A stretch of 64,000 bases of DNA from Nemertoderma westbladi (Eukaryota > Animalia > Xenacoelomorpha): contig JAUCBJ010009048.1 of NCBI GenBank assembly GCA_032718475.1, positions 62,001-126,000 of the forward strand, read 5' to 3'. Shown here one piece after another: positions 23,826-37,360 of the stretch (position 1 is its first letter; every line of letters begins with the position of its first letter). A program made the position numbers and the translations under genes. Under the pieces are notes generated by a model, which did no database searches, was not told where the DNA came from, and saw only the letters and a program-made list of their open reading frames with translations.

Positions 23826-25345
23826 AAAACAATAGAGCAACTCCGCCAAAACGGATAAAAATTGAGTTAAAACAGATAAACATTGTGTTAAAACAGATAA
23901 ACATTGTGTTAAAACAGATAAAACATTGTTTTAAAACGGATAAATATCAAATTAGTAAAAAGAAGTACAAATTAGTACTAATAATAAAACTTTTAATATC
24001 AATATCAATTAATTCTATGAGACTCAATGAAATGTGTAACTACCACGGTATCAGGGAGAAAATAGCAGTGAAATCTAGTAACAGGTGGGACATGTCCTGC
24101 CTGTACCCCATCAAAACACGGTAACAGGTGGGACTTGACTTGTCCCGCCTGCCCCCCTTCAAAACATGGTAATAGGGTGTGACAATTAGTAACAGGTGGG
24201 ACTGGGACAGGCCTTTAACGGGTTATTAGCAAGTCGTTAGACTTGATTACTGTAAGAATTGTTGGCTGATTGATTGACTGGCTGGCTGGCTAATCTATAG
24301 CCAAAACTACTCTAACGATTTTGATGAAATTTTCACAGCGGCTGGATACCGCGATTCTAAGGTCCCTGATATGTTCCGCTATTTCGTCCATGAGCCGTGG
24401 GCTCGAAAAATAGACATAAACGAAAAAACGCCATAGGCGCAATGGTAAAATAACACCCATGACAGCTGGTGTCCTGATGAAAAATGGCTTATGTAATGCA
24501 ATTCTACACAAGGCTTAGTATTAAATCGATGAGGTTGCCAAGAGTATTATACTTAGTACACCCATACTGTTTGTTTAGGCCCTACCAACCACTCTGTGCA
24601 AACAAACATCAACTGGTTGGTTTGCTATTCTATAGGGAGCCACCTAACAAGGAAGTACATACAGTGCCAACTTTATAATCATTCACTGGGTTAGGCGGCT
24701 ATTACAGCCTCAGCTGAATAACTCTTCCCAATGCTTTCTATGGCGATCTACAAGGTTACTCTCTCTTCTATGTTAATTGACGTGTAAGCTGATTGACTGT
24801 TAGTTACACAGTGTGTTGGGTACTATTGGATTGCACTGTATTTATAATAATAATTGTTTTATTTTTAAATCTTTCGGCCAACATTAATTCTGTGGAGGCA
24901 GTATGCTTATAAGGTGGAATGTTTACTCAGCCTCATACTGATACTGTGTAAGGCTAACACTAACATTATAGTTTGAAATATATATATCACTGCTTATTAT
25001 CTGTATCAGGATACACACTGTGGCATTCTAAATGTTTTATACTGTAGGTGATTGACATTGTGCAAGCTGAATGACTGTTAGTTCTTTCAGACCATAGCCA
25101 AACATTGTTGAGGGAATTTAGTTTAGTTCACTCTACTGTGCCATTCAACTGAATGAATTTGAGCAATTGCCAAATTACAGAGTGGGATCTCTCTCTGACC
25201 ATAGGTAAATAGCCCTTCCATTCTGACCATAGGTAAACATTGTTGAGGGAATTTATATTTGATTGATGACTTCCGACTTGCTTAACGGCGTCTTGACGCC
25301 GTCTCTAGTAACATCTTGTAATATTGTATGGCTATGGGAAGTTTG

Positions 25346-25530
25346 TACGGTGGCTGATCTTTGCCAATTAATTTATTTTTTTTATTTTTTTTCAGAAGTT
25401 CTCCATGATGTCATAATTTTTGGTCAACCATAAATTAATTTTTTGTTGACTATAAATTATGACGTCATGGAGAACTTCTGAAAAAAAAGTAAAAAAAAAA
25501 TTAATTAATTGGCAAAGATCAGCCACCGTA
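25346..25530. mobile_element. 185-bp hairpin MITE with IS3EU-type ends
   Basis: TACGGTGGCTGATCTTTGCC ... GGCAAAGATCAGCCACCGTA, palindromic throughout; flanks AGTTTG / GGTTTG. Confidence 0.85.
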
Positions 25531-25889
25531 GGTTTGCCACGATCATAGCTGTAATTTTCTAATCACCAGCTTTCAGAAAATAATATATAGTTTAATGAGG
25601 TTTGGAACAAAACATTTTTTTGACAAAATTTGGCTAATATTTTGTAGAATGAACCACCATATATAGACCTAACCAGATAGCAGTATTGTAATAGTAGCGA
25701 ATACCTGTATCGGTACATATTGTTACTCTCAGTCTGTCGTGGCACCCATGGGCCATGGTAACATTTACGTCTACGGGAAAGGCACTCATGGGCCACGTGG
25801 AAGAAAAAATTTTATTAACAAAAAATATTTTATTTTAATTTTGGCCGCACTGGGCCATGTTTTGGCCCAGTAAGGCCATATTTTTTTAT

Positions 25890-28800
25890 TATTTATGTAT
25901 TATTATTATTATTAGCTGACGTCGTACATGAGACAATAGAATTAATTGCACAGTACAAAATACTTAGGAATAATTAAGTAATTAGGTAATAATTAAATTT
26001 AAAGCACAAATAAAATATTAATGGTGAATATATGAATATAACAACGATATTATAAGTACAATATAACAATACTATAATATGATAAAATCGAATATCAGTC
26101 TTAACTAGTGCACAGGAAATTCAGGATGTCATCCAGATCAACGGCATTAAAATTAGAAACTTCTAGGTTATTGAATTTGCATTCCAAAATTTCTTTAACA
26201 AAATTAACTTTATATAAATCTACAACAGGTGTGTAACGTAGATAGGATACTTGCTTAGTTGAAACTGTTCGTAAATCAAAGTGATTACACGCGTTACCAA
26301 TAGATCTAAAGTTTCGACCACTTCGAGTTCTACAATCAAAAAGTGTCAGTTCTCGTAAGAAACGGATGCAAGGTTTGAACGAATTGAGTAAACTGTGAGC
26401 AAAAGTGACGAACCTTGATTGTAACATTATAGAAGGGTGTTTAAATGGCATTAAACTTTCCACTATGTATCTATGTGTATTAAACGGGAGATTAAAAAGT
26501 AGTCTGGCATTAATATTCCATGTAGTGTAAATACGTGAGCATGAACTAGAGAATAAATCCCACAAGTTACTACCATAAAAACACATAGAATAAATACGCT
26601 GAATATTGCACAAATTATAGGGATTTGCGAAATGGAATTCCTGCCTTAATTTATTTAGTTGGCCTATAAATTGTCCCCTTTTACGTGCAATGTCCTGTTT
26701 CAAGGAGTTTTCGCAGTCAAGTAGATTACCGAGATGTAAGGCCTCCTTGACCCAAGGTAGATTGTCACCATTTAAGCTAATGGAAACATTGGGAATAATT
26801 GTAATTGAACCAAAGGAAATACATTTTGATTTCGACTTTTCCGGTAGAATGTTTGTACTAAACTGTAAGTTAAATTCTGATGCGAACTTGGCGCACAAGG
26901 AGACCATGTGCTGTAGACCAATTAGAGAAGGACACAGTAAAAGTAAATCGTCTGCATATGCCAATACGCCCAAATAAGTAGAACCAATATAACATCCAAT
27001 TCTAGAATCCCGCAACTTCCTCAGAAGAATATCTAATAGAATACAAAATAATATGGGAGATGCCACTGAGCCCTGCCAAACGCCGTTACTGATAGGGAAA
27101 CAGTTCGAAGTCGAGCCTTCCCAACGAACACAACATGATTGGTTTGTGTATATCCATAACAATGTACGGAGGAAGAAAGGTTAGAAGCCTTTTTTAATCA
27201 ACTCAAGGAAAAGTTTGCACCATTCGACTAGATCAAATGCCTTAGAAAGATCAAGAAGGGAACCGTAAACTGGTGTTTCCTGACGATTATAAAACCCGAT
27301 CACCTCAGTTGCTGCCCATGAACATTGAGTTGTACTAGAGCCGCACTGAAAACCAAATTGAAGTTCATCCAAACCTAAGCAGTCAGACTGAGACAGAAGC
27401 ATAACCCATTCGAAGAGTTTAATTAACAGAGATGAAAGAGCAATTGCTCTATAATTATTCGAGATTGTCTGATCACCAAGTTTATCTTTGATTAACCGAA
27501 TAATTACGCAAGTTAACAGAAACTGAGGAACGAAACCATGAATCAGGAAAGAGTTAAACAATCCACTTAAGCAATGAACCAACTCCGAAGGACCATTGAT
27601 AAGGCAGTCGGAGTCAAACCTGAAAACAACATCCGATTTGGAACTTTTCAGTCGATGGAGTCCCTCGTTAACCAATTCAGGGGAGATGAGCGGAACATCC
27701 ACTGACGTACAATTCTGAATTTTCTGATTTATTATATCCTGAAGGGATTCCAAGTCTGAGTTATAGGGCTGGTTGAACAGTTTTGAGTAAATAGCTGCAA
27801 AACGATCGGCAATGGATTGCATATTGGAACAACCGTCGATAGTAGAACTTACGTCTTTCAAGACTGATCTAAGTTTTCGGATTTCAGCAAAAATGTCAGA
27901 GTTATTCCGTAAACAGGCTTGTAATAATTTATCGCGGCTAATACTGTCAGCCGAGCGTTTAAGACGACGGACAGCATACTTATACTGAGCGCGAGTAATG
28001 CGGCACATATTAAAAAGCTAACTATTCTGTGATGAGTTTGGACAACCGGCAGATACCCAAAGACTATGCCAAAAGATTGATTCGTCTTTAAAAGGTTTTA
28101 CGTGTTCCCGCCACCCCGGAAGAGTATGACTGTCATTCTGGATATTTGGGGAGCCCCCACCCACATTCTGTCTATTATACAATTATCAATGGAATCCAAA
28201 ATATTAAGTACATATTTTTCTAAAGCAATTCTATGAGAATTATCAGTACAGACTATATTAGCACACAGAATACAATCAGGAATATCGCCTAAATCATTTC
28301 ATGCACTTTGTAAATTTAACTTAAACTCAGCTTGTTGGGCTGAACTTGATCGTTTAAAATGCGGTTTCGAATCTCTAATTGAACTACCGGTGTTTGAATC
28401 TACAGAATCACGTATGGACGCACCAATACGGAATTTGACAAAAATTGGTGAATGACCAGATAAATTCTCACCATGATGAATTACACCAGAATCAATAATA
28501 TTATTACATAAACTTGAGTTAATAAAAAAGTGATCTAAAGTAGAAAAGTGGACAGACTGATCTCTTTGAAAAACGTAAGTAAAATCAACTGGATTTAAAT
28601 CCCAAACTCGAGTTAAATTAATTTCTTGTAATAACTGGTCAACTACATTAATATGCATAGACTGGCGAGCAAAATCCGCATTGATATCACCAACAAGTAA
28701 TATATCAGATAAATCAGATGACATTATAAGATATTTAATATCATTAATCAATGTAAGTAGCTCGTGGATACATTGTTACCTCTGTTGTCCACAGGAAAAT

Positions 28801-30815
28801 AAGAATTAATGATTAATATTTGTTTAGATCCCGGCATATTTATCCGAATAGCCTGTAACCTAGAGTTTGTTACCCTAACATGGGATATATATTTTTGAAT
28901 ATGCTTTTTAAATATAAAACAAAGGCCGCCGGATGGTCTACCAGCGCGTATAACATTATCGGGATAAGTTGCTGGTTGTAATATGCACTGATAATCTGAG
29001 AAAAACTGTTTAAAGCGGTATGAATTATCATGCAAGACAAAATGCTCTTGCAAACATACTATATCACTTCCCATTAATAAAACTTTAATAAATTCGACCT
29101 TATCTGGTGATAAGCCTGTGCTGTTAAAAGACATTACAGAAATGATACTTAAGTCTAACGTAATGCAGGGAGTAATAAAAATAGAGTTTGTGGAAGTAGC
29201 CATTGTAAAAATAATTAGAAATATATAACATAATTATAAAAATAAACAATTGCAGAATATATACATATGTAACAAGTTATTTCGCTAAACCATCATAGGG
29301 CTCTCGATAATTCCGATTAAACCGCGAATACCTCCACGGACGAACACATACTCCGGAAGGCCATGTTTCCGGTGCAAGCGCCTTCTGATAGTAATCTTGA
29401 GGGATCGAAATCTTATAGCTGTTCGACCTGTTGTCATGATGTGATTTTCTCTCAATATCGTCCACCGTAATGGAGATTCCGCTATCCGCTAGATCCTCAA
29501 CAAGGTCTGCTGGGGTAACCGACTTGTGGAGTCGAAAAACAAAGACATGCGCCAGGGCCGCCCGAGTTTTACGTGACGAACAGGATTTGGTGGCCATTCC
29601 ACCTGTACCGACCACATGTCGCCGCGGTTTACGTTCCGGAACCCGAATAAATCCATCCGCGTCTGTCTGTCTGTGTACCGGTATATGACGGACGTCTGTG
29701 TCTGGTGTACCTGGAATGGGGGTCACAATCAATGCCATTATCTCCAGTAGATCGGTATCTTCGGCGTTTCAAACTTCCTTGCCCATCAGCTCCAACTCCC
29801 GTCATTGGCGGCTTAGAAAGTGGGAAGAATTGGTTTTTTCTCAATAAGCTGGAACTTGAAGGCGTGGTCGATGTAGGTTTCTGTTGTACCGGCGAGAAGG
29901 AACGCCGTGGAACCGCTTTAGGACGCGAGTCCTGGGCGGATACGATGCGGGATATGTCTGGACTATATGCGAGGGATGATACTCTACCGATGTTCGAGTT
30001 GACCAACGCATCTCGGTAAGGAAGGCCTGTCCGACCTGGCCGCAAGTCAGCAGCTCCGTGATCCACATTCCGCCCAACCGCAGGGGGATGTCCAAGGGTA
30101 AGCCCAGTGCCATTCCAGTTAACCGAATCTGGTTGCTTTGTGCTGACTTGAATTAACTTGGTCTCTATTGATTTCATTCTATCACCAAGATCTAACTCGC
30201 ATCGCCTGAATACATTGCTCGAATTTGTCCTCCAATAACGAGAATCTAGTGTTTGACTCCGTACTACTAATAGACCTATCTTTAGTTGCAGATTTCGTCA
30301 GATTTGGCAACGATAAAGCCTCAAGCGCTGTAATGGCTATGACTGGAATGGATCCATGTAGGTCCATTGAACGCAGTTTCTCCTGAATATCAACGGCATT
30401 CCTTCGCCACCGTACGTCCCACTTTCAATAGGATCAAACCCGCACCCTTTAAACAACTTATCCTTAGCAGCAAGAATTTCTTCTGGGGTAAACCTCGACA
30501 GACAACCTTCTAGCACAGTACCAGATAGGTTTGACGACAGTCCCTGTACCATTAGCGAAAGGGAGCTATCAACGATAACAATTCCAGATCTATCGGGAAT
30601 TGTCGGTGTACCCAATCTATCCACTGCCATCAGCTCTTCTTCAGGGCGTGATAAAATCGACCCGTGTCTCCTTCTATTATTATCGGGAGCGGAATCTGCC
30701 ATTTCGAATCAACGCTAAATATATATAAATGATAATGTAAGTGGTACCGGTACCGGTAAACATCGGTAGGCCAACAGTGATAGAGCAGTAGATGTGTATT
30801 GCGAGTTCGCTGTCT
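25890..30815 (-). mobile_element. Full-length but mutated APE-RT LINE (same clade as 584-4962) inserted in the right IS3EU TIR
   Basis: ORF1 pieces 30702-29277; ORF2 pieces 29203-26101 (SFNSTG, LQEH, GDINAD, NYRAIAL, QFGFQ, LDLSKAFD, YADD); (TAA)n tail ~25890-25915. Confidence 0.92.
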
Positions 30816-31149
30816 GGCTAATTCAATTAATTAATTATATTATAATTTCTTAGAGAACAAATCCTAAGTTTCGCTTTGGCCTTAATGGGCCACCATACAG
30901 TAGGATGGAATAATTATACAACAAGTAGGTTGATAGATTAGATTATGATAGCAGATTGAATTATTGAGGTTTGATTTCAATAATAATGATGATTTCGATG
31001 GGACATATGCCACAGATGACAAATAGAGACAATACATAGGATGGTTTGATTAATTACAGTGTTAATTACAGTATATGAATTAACAATTAAGCCAATCGGA
31101 TGAATGAGTTGATATGATAATCTTACCTGTCACTGTTCTGCAGCTAATT

Positions 31150-32100
31150 AATTATCTTACCAACCATGAGAGCGGATGTGTAGTGCAGCAGTGTGTTGGT
31201 GCGATCCAAAAAAAGGTTGCAGGAGGCACGGGGCTGGACTGTTGAACGGCAAACAGAATGCGGCTTTTCTCGCGATAGTTTTCAGCAGTCAGTTCGGTTG
31301 CCATGGTCCAGAAAACCTCTACATGGAGTGTTGGGACCCCGCTGTCTGGTGTTCAAGTGGAAGTGGCCTCCCATAAAGGAGTGCTTGTTCTACTGCGGTG
31401 CTCTAATTAATCGCACCTTAAGTTTCCGATGTATTCTGTGTCACTTCCAAATCCCGGAAAGCCCATTCAATGCTGCCCATGCTTTCCCATACGTATTCGG
31501 AGATCCTCACCTGGCTTCCAGTTCCATGATCACATGTTATTGAAGTCGTCCACATGTACAAGCATACCATTCTCAGAGCTTATGCTCACATGTTCACAGA
31601 TAAAGTTAACTGTCTAAATGTTTGGTCTTCTTGGAGTTAAAAAAAAGACCAACACAAGAAGCAGCCTGTTCTAATGAGCTGAGGAGCCGTTGGGCTCCCT
31701 CTAGTGATTCTGAGAGTACTGTTAAGTCATCACCAAAGTCTAGAACAGTTAGGTACTTGGCTAGGTTTCTTCGACTTCTGGAGCCTGTCGATTTAGTTAC
31801 CATCACCACCCCATCATCATTACGATAATCTAAGGAGACATGCATAAAAGATAGTCAACCTTAATTATGAATAAGAATGGTACAAGTGTTTCTCCCTGGA
31901 GGACTCCCCATAACACTTTGAATGGTTCTGTGTCACCGTCAACAGTTAGACACAAATGTCGTCGTACCATCGTATACTGATCTGATTGCTACAATACTTT
32001 CCTCGGGAATCCCATATAATACAAGTATGCTCAACATACGTGATCAGAGACTTGTTGGAAGGCCTTGAAGATGTCAACAAGGATAACAGCCAGATGTCTG
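31150..32100 (-). mobile_element. Degraded RTE-clade LINE fragment, same family as the copies at 49367 and 51907
   Basis: DNA similarity to those copies; LDFGDDLTVLSESLEGAQRLL. Confidence 0.85.
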
Positions 32101-34686
32101 TATGTATATATGCAACCAATTAAATTTGCGGAAGATCACATTTAAACTTTCAGTTGCGGGTAATGTTCAGTGCATACTATCCTCCATAAATTATATCATC
32201 GGGGTAGTGATTCAGGAAGCCTCTGATTCTATTCATGCATTTGTGTTTCTATATTCCGTGTATCACTCATTACAAAAATAGACAATGATACGAGCTTGTC
32301 ACTGAGCTTAGTATATATATATATATATATTGTTTCTTGAAAGAAATAACATAAGCACAACAAATACGAAATACACAACAAAAATTGATACTAAATGGAA
32401 TTACTTATAATCATATATGGTCCAATAATTGCTATTAAATTATATTAATATATCATCACTTTTTTTCCTTTAAAACTAAATCCATATAATTGATCAACTA
32501 TTTCTATTGAGTAATGTATGTTCTTACAAACCTTTCTGGGGTGTAAATTAAACTGCACTGTCAATAAGTTATTCAACGAAATATACTGGATTTCGGAGAA
32601 CTTTGAATGGTTATGATTCGTTAGTTAACAATCTAATAAAAAGTGGGTTTCATCTTGTATGCTAGTATTATTACACGGGAAAAGCCGAAGTTCTCTGGGT
32701 GTTCGACTCCAATGGCCTTTCATATCAGTATAATATCATCTCATGTTTTATCGTTGATTCCAAGCAGACCGCCATGTACGCAATGTTATCATTCCTATAC
32801 CCTGCTGATAAATAATTTAGTAAATATGAGAAATCCGTAGTGCTACAGGAACCTCTGACGGCTACCCATTAACCGGGGCTGTAGTGACACTACAGTTCTG
32901 GGGGAAATCCGCAATTGCGAAACCCGCAATTATGTGTAGTTAGTTTTCACTAGTAAGCCTAGTAGTGAATACAATTTCCACTGTTGCTGCTCAGTTCCAA
33001 TTAATGCAGAGATAATGACGGAAAAAAAATTTTTGTATAATTATAACGAAAATGCATCTTTATAGAGGTTAATAAACGTTTATGCTGGGCGAAATTAGAT
33101 CCTTGCGAACTAAGATCCTATCTTGTGGCAGAACCGAGTATCTATCATTGCTGATTCCGCACTGGGCACCAGTGTTCTGGCATCACGCGATAAATAAATG
33201 GTCTTACTTTTCATCGTAAAAGTAGGCTACGCGTAGTCGACTTGGCGTAAGTGCTTTCTTTAATATATTTTGCATAGGTAGCCTATATAGGTCCAGGATT
33301 AAAGCGCTACTTCGATCATTCATGCATGAATACGGCTATATATTCATGCCTACTGGCGGACTTTGTGATCAGGGAAGTGGGAAGTAAAAAGGGAAGGAAT
33401 TGGAGGCAAATCCAATCTTTGGCGAATTTAAATATCGCCTCAAAGTTAAATTTTAAAATGTGAGAAAGGAACAGGTTACAGTGGCATGTTATTATAACCA
33501 AAACAATAACCGTATCACAATAAAACAGGTTACAGTTATATTCTTGAGAGTAATCAGCATCAGTGTTATTTGCGTCGAATTAACCCTGGAGAGGTATAGT
33601 CGAGTTTTGGAGCCTCTTAAGGTTTCAAATTAAATCGATGTCCAATTCTTCAAGATTAAATAAAATAGAGAATTTACAGTACAATTATTTGCCGTAACAA
33701 ATATTTGTAGTAGAATTCCACAATTATGGTAGTTCGTGAAGTCAATATTCAATCAAAGAGTAACTCACAATGGAAAGTATAATCACAGTTAACATTATTG
33801 GTGCAATAATAAGATACTACTCCCTGTTACCCATTAAACTCTTCAGTTACAAATCAAACTAATCATACCTGATGTCTGTCTGGCCGTTGTTGTTAATATG
33901 TTAACACCGCCATGTAATCCAAGATAACATGGTAGGCCTATGGTGGATAAAAGTGGATGCGCGTAATTAGTATTTACGTTTGAAATTTTCCTATTAAATT
34001 AGAAGGAATCTAAGAATCTCGCTAAAAAACAAATACGAAGGCCGCAAATATTAATATATGAAATAATCAACCAAATTAATTACACAACCATCTACGTCAT
34101 TGTGTGGGCGATGACGTTAGAGCAAGAGTTTTTATTGAGGTATTCGATATGAATAACATATATTTCTTAACATATATTTTCATATATACAACCACGACTT
34201 TAGAGGGATTGTGATATTAATATGAAAACAATAACATCTGCGCATTTCTGACATCTGCGCAATTTTGTTTAAAAATCTTATCATTTATCTGTACATACCG
34301 GTAGGTGCTAATTGGGGCTGGTTGCATTCAGTGGTGAATCATGTTTATGCATTTCGGGCTGATGGGAACATACATTGGGGGTGGGTGGTTTCAACTCTGT
34401 TTGGTGGTACGGTAGGATTTTTAATTTATTGGTCATATCTTAATTTAGTGGTGCAGTTTTATTAGGTTAGGGGTGGGGTTCGTGGCACACTGCTGATGAG
34501 GAGAACCACGAATTCCAGGGTTCAGTGTTTAAATCCCCGAAACCCTTTTATTTTTATAAAATTTATTATTTAGACTTACCTTTTCGGCGGACAAAATGTC
34601 CTATAATTTTCTACATTTATGGGATAGCCTATTCGTGCAATACTTACCGGTACCTGTAGTTAATGTATGGTTTGGTGCAGTTTTCC

Positions 34687-35744
34687 GGTTGTGTACAAAA
34701 CACAGACCTAAGACCCCAGACCCCCAGGTACAAAACACAGACCCCCCCCCCCCCCCCCCAGGTACAAAACACAGACCCCCCCCCCCCCAGGTACAAAACA
34801 CAGACCCCCCCAGGTACAAAACACAGACTCCCCCAGGTACAAAACACAGACCCCCCCCATGTACAAAACACAGACCCCCCCAGGTACAAAACACAGACCC
34901 CCCAGGTACAAAACACAGACCCCCCCCCCCAGGTACAAAACACAGACCCCCCCAGGTACAAAACACAGACGCCCCCAGGTACAAAAACACAGACCCCCCC
35001 CCCCCCCCCCCCCAGGTACCCAGCAGCGGTCCTCTCGCTGCTGGGAAAAAGGGAGGTCGACATAAGACGGCTTGGAGACCAGTCAGTAAAAGCTATTCCA
35101 CCAAGTGGTAGTAGCACAGATGATATACAGTCTTTGCCAGGGCGTCCATTTACTGAAGTCTATCATAATGACTTACCCATTACATTGTGTTTCCTAAACT
35201 GATGAACCATCAGCCCTTCATTGTCAACAATGTAAACTAAACTTTCCACGGCGGCAGCTCATTCGGCCATATGATATAATGTTCTATCACTTTGAAAGAT
35301 GGATGTATCCCCATCCATCGATTCCCTCTACTAACATACAATCGAACAAACTTACTAAGAAGTTTTACTGCGTAAGGTGGGACTGCATATTTAAGCGATT
35401 TCCATACGTCAGTGATCAGTTATCACTCCTGCGGGAAGGTGAAGAACTGCATCCCCGATTGGCTGCTTCACATGTCTTTTTACTTAAGAACAAATTCGAT
35501 ATTGACATTCCAATTCCAACCTAAGGTACAGTAGGGATGGGGGGTCTGTGTTTTGTACTTGGGGAGGGGGGGTCTGTGTTTTGTACCTGGGGGGTCTGTA
35601 TTTTGTACCTGGGGGGGTCTGTATTTTGTACCTGGGGGGGGGGGTCTGTGTTTTGTACCTGGGGGGGTCTGTGTTTTGTACATGGGGGGGGGGTCTGTGT
35701 TTTGTACCTGGGGGGGGGGGGGGGTCTGTGTTTTGTACACAACA
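34687..35744. mobile_element. Foldback element whose inverted arms are tandem ggtacaaaacacagaCn repeats
   Basis: Left arm 34687-35020, inverted right arm 35530-35744. Flanking duplication gcagttttcc (34677-34686) / gcagtttccc (35745-35754); the right end is reduplicated to 35789. Confidence 0.85.
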
Positions 35745-37360
35745 GCAGTTTCCCTTGTGGTTGTGTTTTGTACACAACAGCAGTTTTCCTTGTGGTAGTT
35801 GGATTGGGTTATGTAGCACTAAAATCTATTTGTTATTTCATTTTTTAATGCGCCTTAGTGCCTGAGTACGAACAGTGGCACTAAATGCTAGGTAGTATCT
35901 GAGGGAATAAGACACCCCATGTCCTATTTTATTGTTTTCATATTTTCATATTCCTGTCTGCACGAAGTATACGTTACAGGACAAGGAATTTACGAATAAA
36001 GAATAAAATTATGATTTGCTATACAGTATATCTGCTTGGCTATAATTCATAAGCAGAATGCATTATTTAGTCAAACGTTTGGAAAGTTAATGAATTTTAT
36101 CACAAAAGCTAAAATATTTTGTTTACAACTCCCTGACAGTAGAGTGAGTGTATGTGAATTACCATCGTTCATTAGTTCATCAGTTCATTACCTTGAACTC
36201 TCAACAAAGAAGTTACTCAAAGTAATACAGAACCAAAGGGAAACAGTTCACCTTCAAACATCATATGACAAAATGTGATAATTAATCCTAGTGGTTTGTG
36301 CAATTGTGCATCTCAAACACAGATCAGTTAAATAACCAGAATGACCAGCCAATCAAAGGGATTTTGATTTACCAGTGGTAAATTACCGTAACGCCCCAAA
36401 CGGTATGATCGGTAGGGCCAGACAGCTCAGTTCACTAGTTACCGCCCTTACTACTACTGCCCGTAATGTTTCCACTGATATTTTAGGCAGTAACAATGTT
36501 ATAGTGTTCGCAGCGCCATAACAGTTTCCAAGTAGGCCTAAAGCGATAAAGGCTAAATAAAACAGTATCTTTTCACAAAAGAGCAGGTCAAATAACGTTC
36601 TTTTTATTTTATGGTATTTTTACAGATTTTGATTATTTCAGTAATTAATGATTTTTCCACTAGCAACAGTATGCAATAAGCTGAGGGTAAGGAAGGGTAA
36701 TTCCCCGTAGCTTCAGGTAATTATCTCCAGCTTCAGGTAAATCCATATGCAACATATTTTCCACAGCTCAATCCTTTGCAGCTTTGGGTAAAAATCTGTA
36801 CCCTTAGCTAGTAGTGGAGGGTAAGCACAATTATCCACAGCTTTTTTGTATTTATTTTATTATTATTATAGACCAGATCACATTAACATCATCACTACAT
36901 TATTATATTATTAATAATAGGTCTACATAAATACAATTGATCAATAAGTAAGTAAATTATATATGGTCAAATAAACACTGGGTAAGTAAACATATAACAT
37001 ATATAAACAGTATGTCAAATAAATATAAGTTTAATATAAACAAAATATCGGTCATTCGGTCACTAATAAATAGTCAATATAAAGCCAAATTATGTTGTAT
37101 TAATATATGGTCAAATAATCAACATTCAATATACAATATTATGTAATTACGTTTAACCATTATGTCAAACAAATATAAGGTATTTGGTAACTAATAAATT
37201 GCCAATATAAAGTCAAATTCGGAAGTATTAAATATGGTCAGATAATTAAATAGTTAATATACAATGTTATGTAATTACGGTTAATTAAGTACTGCAAGTC
37301 AATAAACCACTGTCGTAAATTAAATACTGTCAGTCATTGGTTATAGGCTATATATAACTA

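Larger units (their letters stand above)
16360..30897 (+). mobile_element. IS3EU-type DNA transposon with ~300-bp imperfect TIRs, hosting nested insertions
   Basis: Ends TATGGTGGCCCATTAAGGCCAAAG ... CTTTGGCCTTAATGGGCCACCATA. Perfect 6-bp TSD CAGTAG (16354-16359, 30898-30903). Subterminal 16475-16630 is inverted to 25725-25880. Contains transposase remnants. Confidence 0.9.

Noticed and set aside
24060-24225. Three GTAACAGGTGGGAC repeats
   Set aside because: Probably subterminal repeats of a MITE fragment; no paired ends or TSD found.
34485-34525. Hammerhead ribozyme core (CTGATGAG...GAA)
   Set aside because: No GAAA with a proper stem II and no flanking stems; the CTGATGA at ~24474 fails likewise.
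34596-35865. Many overlapping Pro-rich/Gly-rich ORFs
   Set aside because: Artefacts of stop-free tandem repeats that are open in all frames.
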